Part shown: one piece after another, positions 6,682-14,737 of the stretch
Layout of the letters: every line of letters begins with the position of its first letter
How positions within the stretch are numbered: the stretch's first letter is position 1
Virus record (IMG/VR): IMGVR_UViG_3300020045_005188
Span: 1-30,331 of that record
Source of the DNA: a virus
Lineage: Duplodnaviria > Caudoviricetes
Direction: 5' to 3' (one strand)
Length of the DNA: 30,331 bases
Translations under genes and position numbers: made by a program
The notes under the pieces: generated by a model
What the model saw: the letters and a program-made list of their open reading frames with translations, nothing else
The model's database searches: none
Told to the model about the DNA's origin: nothing

Positions 6682-9056
6682 TGACAGTTTTTACACAAAA
6701 AGAAATGAAAGAATTTAGAGCGCAGGTGGAAGCAAATTCATTCAAAGCGCAACGCCGTCTTTCAGAAAAAGATTCGGTGTCACACGATAGATATACACCA
6801 ACTAATTGGTTCCAACAGTTACCGCTTATACCCAAGGAAGAGACGCCATCGAAGTCAGGATTTGGTTATACTCAGTCCCCGTATATATCACAGTGGACTA
6901 AGATGTGGGGAGTATCTCCTCTTACTGATCTTGCCAAATATAGAATGATGTATCGTACTGTTCCTATCATAGCGAAGGCTATAGATAAAACAGTAGCTAC
7001 TGCAATCAGTAAAGGATTCAATCTTGAACTTCCTGCAGAAGCAGAGAACAGAGAACAAATTCTTTATTATTTAAAATCATGGCTTGATACACAGCAAGAT
7101 TTTAAATTGTGTTTACAACAGATTACATCAGATGCCTTGATCTATGGTAATGCTTATGCTGAAATTGTTTATGATGAAGTAGAAGGAACGATAACTCAAG
7201 AGCATAGTGATGATCCCGAATTCCTTAGAGTAGAAATACCTGATCCCACCGAAGCTTATAAAATGGGAGATACTGGTGTTCCGTCCATATCAACAGTAAC
7301 ATATAATGGTGACGGTAAGTATCTTAAGGTTTCTGCCAAAGGAAATCCCGTATGGATTAAACCTCTCGATCCTCTTTGGATGAGAGTTAGACGAGACTCA
7401 TATGGTAACATCTTTGGTTATTTACAATATCTTTCAACCCCACCAGTAGCATTCACCAATGCAAAGATCTTACATGTTAAGTTTAATGCGAAATCGTGGT
7501 GGACAGAGAACGCCTATGGTACTAGTAATCTTATGTCCCTTGTTAGGACACAGGAAGCTATATGGGCAATTGAGAATGACTTAATATTAATATCACATGC
7601 TTGTGCTAAACCACCACTTATTTTCTCTTGTGGTGAAACAGGAGATGAGCCTTGGACAGAAGGACAGTTTACAGCATTCGTGTCTTCTACAGCCAGTAGA
7701 GGACCCGGAGGAGATATCTATCATAGGGGAGATGTTCAGTCCAAACCATTACCTTTCCCAGCGAGTTCGCTTGCGCCACTGTTGGCACATCTTGATTATC
7801 ATGTTGAACAGAGAATGATAAGACTTGGTGTACCACCCGATCTTTTGGGTGTACATGCCAGTTCAAACAGATCAACCGCAATGGTTACTATGGATGACTG
7901 GATCAATACCATTCAAATGCTCCAACAGCAAATAGGAGATGCAATTCAAGAACAGCTCTTCAAACCAATTATAGAAAAAGTATTTGGTGAAGGTGCAGCT
8001 ATTCCATCAATGGCATGGAATCAGATATATGAGAAAGATGCAGCAGCAGAAATTCAGCAGATAATGATTCTCAGAACTTCCAATATCATAACAACTAATG
8101 AAGCCCGAGCCCAACTTAATGATATAGGAATAAGACTTGAACCAGTAACAGATGGAGATTCCTTACTGCCTCCCGAGGCATTTATGCCCACCGAAGAAGA
8201 GAAAACAGAAAAAGGAGAGACAGAAATGCCTCCCGAAGATGCTGTCTTTGATGAATCAGTATCGGCAAAAGCTGAAGAGTTCTCAGATATTAAAATAAAT
8301 AAACCGACTCTATATGTTCCCAAGAAAAAGAAACCCTTAGAAGCAACTCAGGGTTTCTCTGAACCCGGTTTACCATCAGGCACCGGACAATCTCCGGGTC
8401 CTTATATACAACCTCTTAAAAAGAAAGATGGGAAGACTTTCGTAGAACGAGTAGCTGCTCATCTTAAAGATCCTTTAGAAAACCAAGAGCCAAAAGATTT
8501 AACCACTGTTAAGATTAAAAAAATTGACGAAAAAGATGGTGTAGAAACTTGGCTTGTGTCTGGTGATAAAGTTGCAGAACGTTACAGTAAAGACTGGAAA
8601 CATACTAATTCAGATGGTGAACATGATTATATCGGAGGACATCATTTTGTATTTGATTATATTCCAGAGAATGAAGTTTGGATCTCAGATCAGGATTTGA
8701 ATCCGGAGAAGACAGCTATACACGAGTTTGTAGAAAGATCTGCCATGAAAGATGAAGGTATGTCTTATGCAGACGCTCATATCAAAGCCTTGGAAGCCGA
8801 TGGAACGCCTAAGGAAGAGATTGAGAGTAGAGTATATATAAGACCAGAAGATGTTAAGAATAAACTAGATGAAACCTATTCCAAGAATGATGATGGAACT
8901 TGGCAGATGGGTGATATAGTAATTCGCTATGATGATGTCATGGGTATTATATATGTCAATCAGGGGGAAAAAGTTATAGATCAATTACTTGTTAGAAGCA
9001 TGTGTGATTTAGAAACTTTTATAAATAAACTCGATGAAGAGTTTAATAAAAAATAA
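6681..9056 (+). CDS. Portal protein with a long C-terminal extension
   Basis: DALIYGNAYAEIV, PLDP, YGTS, LGVPPDLLG, IITTNEARAQL portal motifs; position after TerL. Confidence 0.9.
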   Translation: MTVFTQKEMKEFRAQVEANSFKAQRRLSEKDSVSHDRYTPTNWFQQLPLIPKEETPSKSGFGYTQSPYISQWTKMWGVSPLTDLAKYRMMYRTVPIIAKAIDKTVATAISKGFNLELPAEAENREQILYYLKSWLDTQQDFKLCLQQITSDALIYGNAYAEIVYDEVEGTITQEHSDDPEFLRVEIPDPTEAYKMGDTGVPSISTVTYNGDGKYLKVSAKGNPVWIKPLDPLWMRVRRDSYGNIFGYLQYLSTPPVAFTNAKILHVKFNAKSWWTENAYGTSNLMSLVRTQEAIWAIENDLILISHACAKPPLIFSCGETGDEPWTEGQFTAFVSSTASRGPGGDIYHRGDVQSKPLPFPASSLAPLLAHLDYHVEQRMIRLGVPPDLLGVHASSNRSTAMVTMDDWINTIQMLQQQIGDAIQEQLFKPIIEKVFGEGAAIPSMAWNQIYEKDAAAEIQQIMILRTSNIITTNEARAQLNDIGIRLEPVTDGDSLLPPEAFMPTEEEKTEKGETEMPPEDAVFDESVSAKAEEFSDIKINKPTLYVPKKKKPLEATQGFSEPGLPSGTGQSPGPYIQPLKKKDGKTFVERVAAHLKDPLENQEPKDLTTVKIKKIDEKDGVETWLVSGDKVAERYSKDWKHTNSDGEHDYIGGHHFVFDYIPENEVWISDQDLNPEKTAIHEFVERSAMKDEGMSYADAHIKALEADGTPKEEIESRVYIRPEDVKNKLDETYSKNDDGTWQMGDIVIRYDDVMGIIYVNQGEKVIDQLLVRSMCDLETFINKLDEEFNKK

Positions 9057-9073
9057 ACCAAAAGCTTTATATA
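9055..9073 (+). promoter_or_regulatory. Archaeal promoter copy 2
   Basis: AAACCAAAAGCTTTATATA, overlapped by an 11-bp inverted repeat (9067-9077 / 9087-9097). Confidence 0.8.
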
Positions 9074-9119
9074 ACATGAAATATAAATGTTATATAATAC
9101 TTTTTTAAAAGGAGATATT

Positions 9120-9512
9120 ATGACAGATGTTTCAGTTACTTATGTAAAACATCACGTGAACGAACCTTCTCTTGATGTTACTGTTTATGATGCCGTGGCC
9201 ATTAAAGCTGTTGGTCAAACGGAAGAAATATATATCGGAGATATAAAATATTTAGAACTTCTTACAACACTCGGAACAGAGACAGGAGCTGCCTCGATCA
9301 GATTTCATGTTGAAGTAATGAATGTTCTACCAGTCACCCATACTGTTATTAAAACATATGATGGATCAGAACGAACAGCCGCCGGATCGGAAGTATTAAC
9401 AATTGATAATACAGGTACTGGTGATTATATAAGAGTTACATGGACAACCGCAGGAACATTATCAAACGATCATTGGTTTGATGCGTGTTATATTAGACTT
9501 TTGGGAAAGTAA
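9120..9512 (+). CDS. Putative beta-rich virion protein
   Basis: AAGGAG SD before the ATG at 9120; YIRVTWT strand pattern. Confidence 0.6.
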   Translation: MTDVSVTYVKHHVNEPSLDVTVYDAVAIKAVGQTEEIYIGDIKYLELLTTLGTETGAASIRFHVEVMNVLPVTHTVIKTYDGSERTAAGSEVLTIDNTGTGDYIRVTWTTAGTLSNDHWFDACYIRLLGK

Positions 9513-9529
9513 AATTATAGGGGGTTAGT

Positions 9530-10726
9530 ATGGTACAAGTAGTTGAAACTATAAACAATACAGCAATTACCGAATTACCATCCGAAATATTAGCTCAAGA
9601 TGGTAAAAGTATTAATGTCAGTGTTGGCGGTAATGTTACAGTTACTGCTCAATCATTAAGTTTAGATACAACTGCTCTTGAAAATAAAATTCAAGCTCAA
9701 ACAGATATAGTAGCTACTCAAACAACATTGGCTCTGATAAAAGCTAAAACTGATAATATAGATGTAGCTCTTTCAACAAGAACTAAATCATCTGATACAC
9801 AAACTATATCTGGTACAGTTACTGCAAATGCGGGAACTAATCTTAATACATCATTGCTTGCATTAGAAACCGGGGGAACTTTAACAACTATAGCTGGGAA
9901 AGATTTTGCAACTCAAACAACTTTATCTGGATTAGATACTAGAATAGCTAATGTTATAACAGATCATAATATGATTGGTATAGAAAGCCATTATGTTTTA
10001 GCTGCGGAGGGTTCTCTTGCAAATCATATTCCCGGATCTAGAATTGGTTCAAGTTCAACTATAACAACGGGTGCATTTGTTATTCTTGCTAATGCAACTG
10101 TTATTCAACCAACGGTGGGACAAGCAATGAATGTAGTATCAACAAGTGCATCGGATTCTTCGGCTGGAACAGGAGTTCAACAAATAACAATAGATTATTT
10201 TACAACTCCAGCAAGTGGGTGGATAAAAAAATCAATAATCGTAACATTAGATGGTACGACCCCGGTAACTACAGCGGAAGCAGATATTTATAGAATAGAT
10301 AGAGTTCATTCAAATAGAGTTGGAAGTGGAGGTTTTGCGGTTGGAACGATTACAATAAAAGATACTACTAATACTCTATTATTTTCCCAGATAGATGTGG
10401 GAAATAATGTATTTGAAAGAGCAATTCATTATATTCCAAATGGATATCAATGTGTTTTATCAGATATGATGGTGGGCATATCTAGTGGTGGTGGTGTGAT
10501 CTTTAGAGTATTTACAACTGAAGAAGATGCATCTGGTAATACAGTGACTATTGGTCAATTAAGTATAGAAATGAATGGACCTGCAACAATTGATAGAAGT
10601 TTTAATCTCCCGGTTGTTATTTCAAATTTAAATGGTAAAAATAAATCTATAGGTATTGCAGTTAAGTCACGGACTGGAACTCAAACAGCAACTGGAACAA
10701 TACGATTTATGGATCAACTATTATAA
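9530..10726 (+). CDS. Putative virion fibre/spike protein
   Basis: Thr/Gly-rich; ATQTTL repeated twice; STSASD..GTG..LDGTTPVT C-terminal domain typical of phage structural proteins. Confidence 0.6.
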   Translation: MVQVVETINNTAITELPSEILAQDGKSINVSVGGNVTVTAQSLSLDTTALENKIQAQTDIVATQTTLALIKAKTDNIDVALSTRTKSSDTQTISGTVTANAGTNLNTSLLALETGGTLTTIAGKDFATQTTLSGLDTRIANVITDHNMIGIESHYVLAAEGSLANHIPGSRIGSSSTITTGAFVILANATVIQPTVGQAMNVVSTSASDSSAGTGVQQITIDYFTTPASGWIKKSIIVTLDGTTPVTTAEADIYRIDRVHSNRVGSGGFAVGTITIKDTTNTLLFSQIDVGNNVFERAIHYIPNGYQCVLSDMMVGISSGGGVIFRVFTTEEDASGNTVTIGQLSIEMNGPATIDRSFNLPVVISNLNGKNKSIGIAVKSRTGTQTATGTIRFMDQLL

Positions 10727-10729
10727 TTA

Positions 10730-10748
10730 AAACCGAAAGCTTTATATA
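10730..10748 (+). promoter_or_regulatory. Archaeal promoter copy 3
   Basis: AAACCGAAAGCTTTATATA, identical to 3116-3134; followed by an AGTGACAT / ATGTCACT inverted repeat. Confidence 0.85.
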
Positions 10749-10807
10749 GTATGAGTGACATATATAGTAATGTCACTTTTTTATATTTTATTATTTTAGG
10801 AGAAATT

Positions 10808-11539
10808 ATGGATGATGATATGCTAGTATATCCAGAAGAATTTAAAATGGGTATGAACGAAGAGCTTGAACATACCGATGTAATTGGTAAAGATAAAGAA
10901 GCTCTGAAGAAAATAGTCCTTGCTCATCTTAAGGAAGATGCGCATTATTATAGTAAACTTTCCCATGTAATGAAAGCAGAGGAAGAAACAGAACGATTAA
11001 CCCCTCATTATAAACCATCAAAGCCTCAGAAGCCAACTGGTTATAAGATGAGTCCTAAAGAAGAAGTTGAAACAATTATTCATCTTCACCCCAAGAAAGC
11101 CGAAGAAAACAATGGAGTATCAATGACAAAAAAAGTAGCGGAAGAAGTGCCCAAAGTACCAAGAACAATCCCCGGTACTGCGGCACCAAAGACAAGAAGT
11201 TATCTTGAGAGTCGCGGACTCTTAACTAAAAATAAAGCCGAGGAAGATGGATTTACTCCTCACAGTAAGAGCCCGGGAAAAACAACTTCTGCAAAGATTC
11301 CAGAGTTTAAAGCACCGAAAGGTCCGGCTCCCAAGTCTGAATCTGATTTACCATCGGAAAGATTTGGTTCCGAAGAGAAACTCTCCAGCAAATTAATAAA
11401 GAAAGCGGAAGAGGAACTTGGAAAAGATAAAGTCGATGAGATGAAAAATAAAACCATCGTGGAAGACTTTGCCGAATCTGAGAAAAAGAAAGCGGAAGAG
11501 AAAGCTAAACCTCCGGCATTTCACGCAGAACCAAAGTAA
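10808..11539 (+). CDS. DUF5661-like domain plus a low-complexity tail with KAEE repeats
   Basis: MGMNEELEH...KIVLAHLKEDAHYYSKL; AGGAG SD before the ATG at 10808. Confidence 0.7.
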   Translation: MDDDMLVYPEEFKMGMNEELEHTDVIGKDKEALKKIVLAHLKEDAHYYSKLSHVMKAEEETERLTPHYKPSKPQKPTGYKMSPKEEVETIIHLHPKKAEENNGVSMTKKVAEEVPKVPRTIPGTAAPKTRSYLESRGLLTKNKAEEDGFTPHSKSPGKTTSAKIPEFKAPKGPAPKSESDLPSERFGSEEKLSSKLIKKAEEELGKDKVDEMKNKTIVEDFAESEKKKAEEKAKPPAFHAEPK

Positions 11540-11541
11540 TT

Positions 11542-12012
11542 ATGGTTTTGTGTGCTTGTGGGTGTGGGGGAGAGATTATAATTAAGAGACACCATAAATA
11601 TTATGGCATTCCTAAATATATAATGGGGCATCATATCATTGGTAATATATTATTTAACAAAACAGGTATTTCTCCATCTATAGAAACTCGAAATAAAATT
11701 TCTAAATCTTTAAAAAAAATAAATCGTAGACCTCCAATATTATTCGGTGAAAAAAATGGTGTGTGGAAAGGTGGAAGAAACTTATCCAACGCAAGACAAC
11801 ATGCCAAAAGAAAAAGAAGTCTGGGTTTCATCCCACTAAATGATTGTCGAGAAGACGGTTGGGTAGGACATCATATCGATTATGATTATGTAATTTATAT
11901 ACCAGAGGAACTGCATAAATCGGTATGGCATAGTGTAACTAAAGATATTAATATGAATATCATTAACGATAAAGTTTATGAATGGTTTGTTAGTGTTTAT
12001 TTAAAGAGGTGA
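11542..12012 (+). CDS. HNH-like protein: CxCGCG N-terminus plus a compact GHHID domain
   Basis: CACGCG, NUMOD-like WKGG linker, GHHIDYDYVIYIPEELH. Confidence 0.7.
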   Translation: MVLCACGCGGEIIIKRHHKYYGIPKYIMGHHIIGNILFNKTGISPSIETRNKISKSLKKINRRPPILFGEKNGVWKGGRNLSNARQHAKRKRSLGFIPLNDCREDGWVGHHIDYDYVIYIPEELHKSVWHSVTKDINMNIINDKVYEWFVSVYLKR

Positions 12013-12016
12013 TTAA

Positions 12017-13249
12017 ATGGCAGAAATACAATGGCAATCAAAATTTATTGCTGCCGAAAAAAAAGTTGAAGAAGGAATTTCAAAAATGATTATTCGCGGC
12101 GTACTTATTGATACGACCGAAAATCGAAATTTTTGGCAAATAGAATCGGCTGATTTTAAATCATTGGCTATAGACTTCGTGGGAAAACAACTTCGTTGTG
12201 ATCACGGAGAAAAAATTTCCAATGTTCTTGGTAAAATAATTTCTACTGAAGTTGATGAAGGTCATGATTTTGAAAAAAATGAATGGGATCCAAAAAATAT
12301 AAATGATCACATTCATTACGTTGCAGAGATAGCAACAGCAGATGAAACATTAATAGTTCCAATCCAAAAAGGATTTATAACACACGTGTCTCCAGCAGTA
12401 GATGCTAGGACTCTATTGTGTGGAACATGTAAAACGCCTATGAAGGATAAGAATACAAGAAATTGTGGCTGTTCTGAGGGGTCTCTCTTACTAAAAGATT
12501 TGAGTGCTAGAGAGTTGAGCCTTGTAGCTAGTCCCGCTTACGCGAATACTGTAGCGAAAGTTTATAGTTTTTCAGCAGCGGTTGACAACGAAATTAAAAG
12601 AAATATTTTAAATAAAGGAGAAATAGATATGGTAAACGAAGATAGAATTGTTCGCCTAGAGGCAAGTGTTTCCGCTCTAATTGCCGCATTCAAAGCAGCC
12701 GCAGAAGAGCAGGAAGAGGAAAAGAAAGAAGAAATGAAAGCCGAAGAGGAAGCAGTACTCAAAGCAGAAGAGGAAGAAGCCAAAATGGTTCCAGTCTCTA
12801 AAGTAGCTGAAGAGGAAGAAGAGGCAGACAAAGAGGAAGAGGAACTGAAGGTAGAAGAGGAAGCAGGCAAAAAGATTGAGAAACTCGAAGCATCAATTAG
12901 ACAGCTTACAAGACTCATGAAAGCCGGTAAGATTACTCCCGAGACTCCAGAAGACGAGCCAGCAGAGACAGTTCATAAGATCCCCAAGATCTCCAACGAA
13001 CCAGTCAAATCCGAGAAACTCAAAGACGGCTTTAAACTCCCACTCATAACCGGTGGTATGAAGCCCGGTAAACTCCATGCAACCGCGGGAAAGACCGCAG
13101 GCAAGTCTCAGTCCTTTACTGGTGCAGATAAACCAGCACAAGTAGATAATGAGCAGCAGGCAGTTGATGAAATCTTTGGATTCGCCGCATCAAGGGGCAC
13201 TATCCCAATGAAGGCAGATTCAAGAATTAGAACTATTCAGTATAAATAA
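12017..13249 (+). CDS. Prohead (maturation) protease fused to a scaffolding domain
   Basis: IRGVLID, LRCDH...VLGKI, HVSPA, ELSLVASPAY protease motifs; acidic coiled-coil C-terminal half. Confidence 0.85.
   Translation: MAEIQWQSKFIAAEKKVEEGISKMIIRGVLIDTTENRNFWQIESADFKSLAIDFVGKQLRCDHGEKISNVLGKIISTEVDEGHDFEKNEWDPKNINDHIHYVAEIATADETLIVPIQKGFITHVSPAVDARTLLCGTCKTPMKDKNTRNCGCSEGSLLLKDLSARELSLVASPAYANTVAKVYSFSAAVDNEIKRNILNKGEIDMVNEDRIVRLEASVSALIAAFKAAAEEQEEEKKEEMKAEEEAVLKAEEEEAKMVPVSKVAEEEEEADKEEEELKVEEEAGKKIEKLEASIRQLTRLMKAGKITPETPEDEPAETVHKIPKISNEPVKSEKLKDGFKLPLITGGMKPGKLHATAGKTAGKSQSFTGADKPAQVDNEQQAVDEIFGFAASRGTIPMKADSRIRTIQYK
12629..13249 (+). CDS. Nested in-frame scaffolding protein
   Basis: AAAGGAG SD upstream of an in-frame ATG exactly at the domain boundary. 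Confidence 0.6.
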   Translation: MVNEDRIVRLEASVSALIAAFKAAAEEQEEEKKEEMKAEEEAVLKAEEEEAKMVPVSKVAEEEEEADKEEEELKVEEEAGKKIEKLEASIRQLTRLMKAGKITPETPEDEPAETVHKIPKISNEPVKSEKLKDGFKLPLITGGMKPGKLHATAGKTAGKSQSFTGADKPAQVDNEQQAVDEIFGFAASRGTIPMKADSRIRTIQYK

Positions 13250-13259
13250 GGTGATTTAA

Positions 13260-13700
13260 ATGACAAATTACGCATTTCAAAGCAACCAAGTCGACCTCAA
13301 AGCCGACAATATGCACGCAAGTGCAAGACCAGCAGATACCCTTTCAAACAATGATTTGACCGGTGGAAAGACTGTCATATCCGCAGGCGCAGTTGTAATC
13401 AGCGCTGCTAATGGCAGAATAGATATTGGTGCGGGTAATGACACTAATGTAGTTGGTGTTGCAACTCAGACAAGATCAGCGGGTGACACTAGACCACTGA
13501 CTTATACCAGAAGTGGTTTAGTTCATGTGGCAGTAGATGGATCAGCCATTGTAGCTGGTTCAAGACTTAAAAATGGAACTCAGGGCTTAGTTGGTCTTGC
13601 AGCGGCTAATGGCAGTGAAGCGAATCTTGAAATAGGAAAGTGTATCGAGATATCCTCACAAGTAGCAGGAACAGTTATCGTCATGCAGTTGACGTTATAA
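13260..13700 (+). CDS. Capsid decoration/cement protein
   Basis: Small Gly/Ala/Val beta-rich protein (VVGVA...G.V.V...I.AG..L) between scaffold and MCP; GGTGAT SD. Confidence 0.7.
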   Translation: MTNYAFQSNQVDLKADNMHASARPADTLSNNDLTGGKTVISAGAVVISAANGRIDIGAGNDTNVVGVATQTRSAGDTRPLTYTRSGLVHVAVDGSAIVAGSRLKNGTQGLVGLAAANGSEANLEIGKCIEISSQVAGTVIVMQLTL

Positions 13701-13719
13701 ATATAGGAGATAAGATAAC

Positions 13720-14697
13720 ATGGTAGACTATTCAACATTCGCAGAAGTAGGTATCGCTGATATCGGTGGAGCAACTGTTCCAGATCAGCTAATGTACCCG
13801 GGCTTGTCCCAGATGATCGTAGAGTATGCAATGCCTGCTCAGATTTTCAGACAGCTTTATATTCACTATCCTTCCCTTGGAAGACAGAGTGTAACAATTC
13901 CCAAAGAAGCAACACCTCTCGGTGCATCCGCAACAGTACCTGTTGTGGGAAGCAGAGTTGGTGAAGGTGATGAACTCCCACTGAACATCTTACCAGTAAC
14001 CTCAAGCACAATCACGACCTACAAAGTCGGTGAAGGTTATCAGGTTACAAGGGAAATGATTCTTTTCCAGCAAGTACCAATCATTCAGCAAAGACTTAAG
14101 AGATTGGGCATAACCCTCGGTAACACAATCGACTTCGACTGTGCAGCCGTAGTGGATGCAGGTGCTGGAGTAACAACCGCAACAGCAGGAAAGACTAAAG
14201 GTCTTGACAATACGGTTGCAACTGAAGCGGGAACTCTTGGTCAGTATGACTTGGTTGATGCTAAAGTAAGAATGATGAACAACAACTTGTTTGCAGATAC
14301 CGCAGTACTCTCCCCGAGAGCTGCTGGTCATATCCAGAAACTTCCTCAGTATAAGTCTTACATGAATACTGGTGAGAAGAGCGGTTACGCACACGGTGAA
14401 ATAGGACAGGTCGAAGGTCTTAGAGTATTAGTCTCAAGGCACACCGGTGCAAGCGCATCAGCCGGAACTGTATCCCCAGAAGTATCATATGTTATGACTG
14501 GAACAGTTTCAACTGCTCCTAATCCTCTCGGTCAGTATACCCCCATGGGATATTTTGTTGAGGCACTTCCTATCCAGACAATGGTCCAGGATAATCCTCG
14601 CAGGGACGCATATGAAGTTTACGCCCTGACAATGTTTGCCCCCGTGGTCGTCACGCCGAATGCGATCGAGAAAATTAACGGAATAACTACAGCTTAA
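13720..14697 (+). CDS. Major capsid protein (HK97 fold)
   Basis: VGEGDELP, YKVG...VTREMI, IGQVEGLRVLVS; position; hairpin downstream. Confidence 0.9.
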   Translation: MVDYSTFAEVGIADIGGATVPDQLMYPGLSQMIVEYAMPAQIFRQLYIHYPSLGRQSVTIPKEATPLGASATVPVVGSRVGEGDELPLNILPVTSSTITTYKVGEGYQVTREMILFQQVPIIQQRLKRLGITLGNTIDFDCAAVVDAGAGVTTATAGKTKGLDNTVATEAGTLGQYDLVDAKVRMMNNNLFADTAVLSPRAAGHIQKLPQYKSYMNTGEKSGYAHGEIGQVEGLRVLVSRHTGASASAGTVSPEVSYVMTGTVSTAPNPLGQYTPMGYFVEALPIQTMVQDNPRRDAYEVYALTMFAPVVVTPNAIEKINGITTA

Positions 14698-14721
14698 GTG
14701 TGAGCTTATCACACTTTTTTT
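14696..14721 (+). terminator. Hairpin plus T-tract after MCP
   Basis: AAGTGTGA-GCTTA-TCACACTT followed by TTTTT. Confidence 0.7.
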
Positions 14722-14737
14722 ACCAAGGAGGTAAAAC

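Noticed and set aside
4736-9056. Inteins or introns in terminase or portal
   Set aside because: TerL is of normal length with contiguous motifs; no intein termini seen; the HNH genes lie between genes, not inside them
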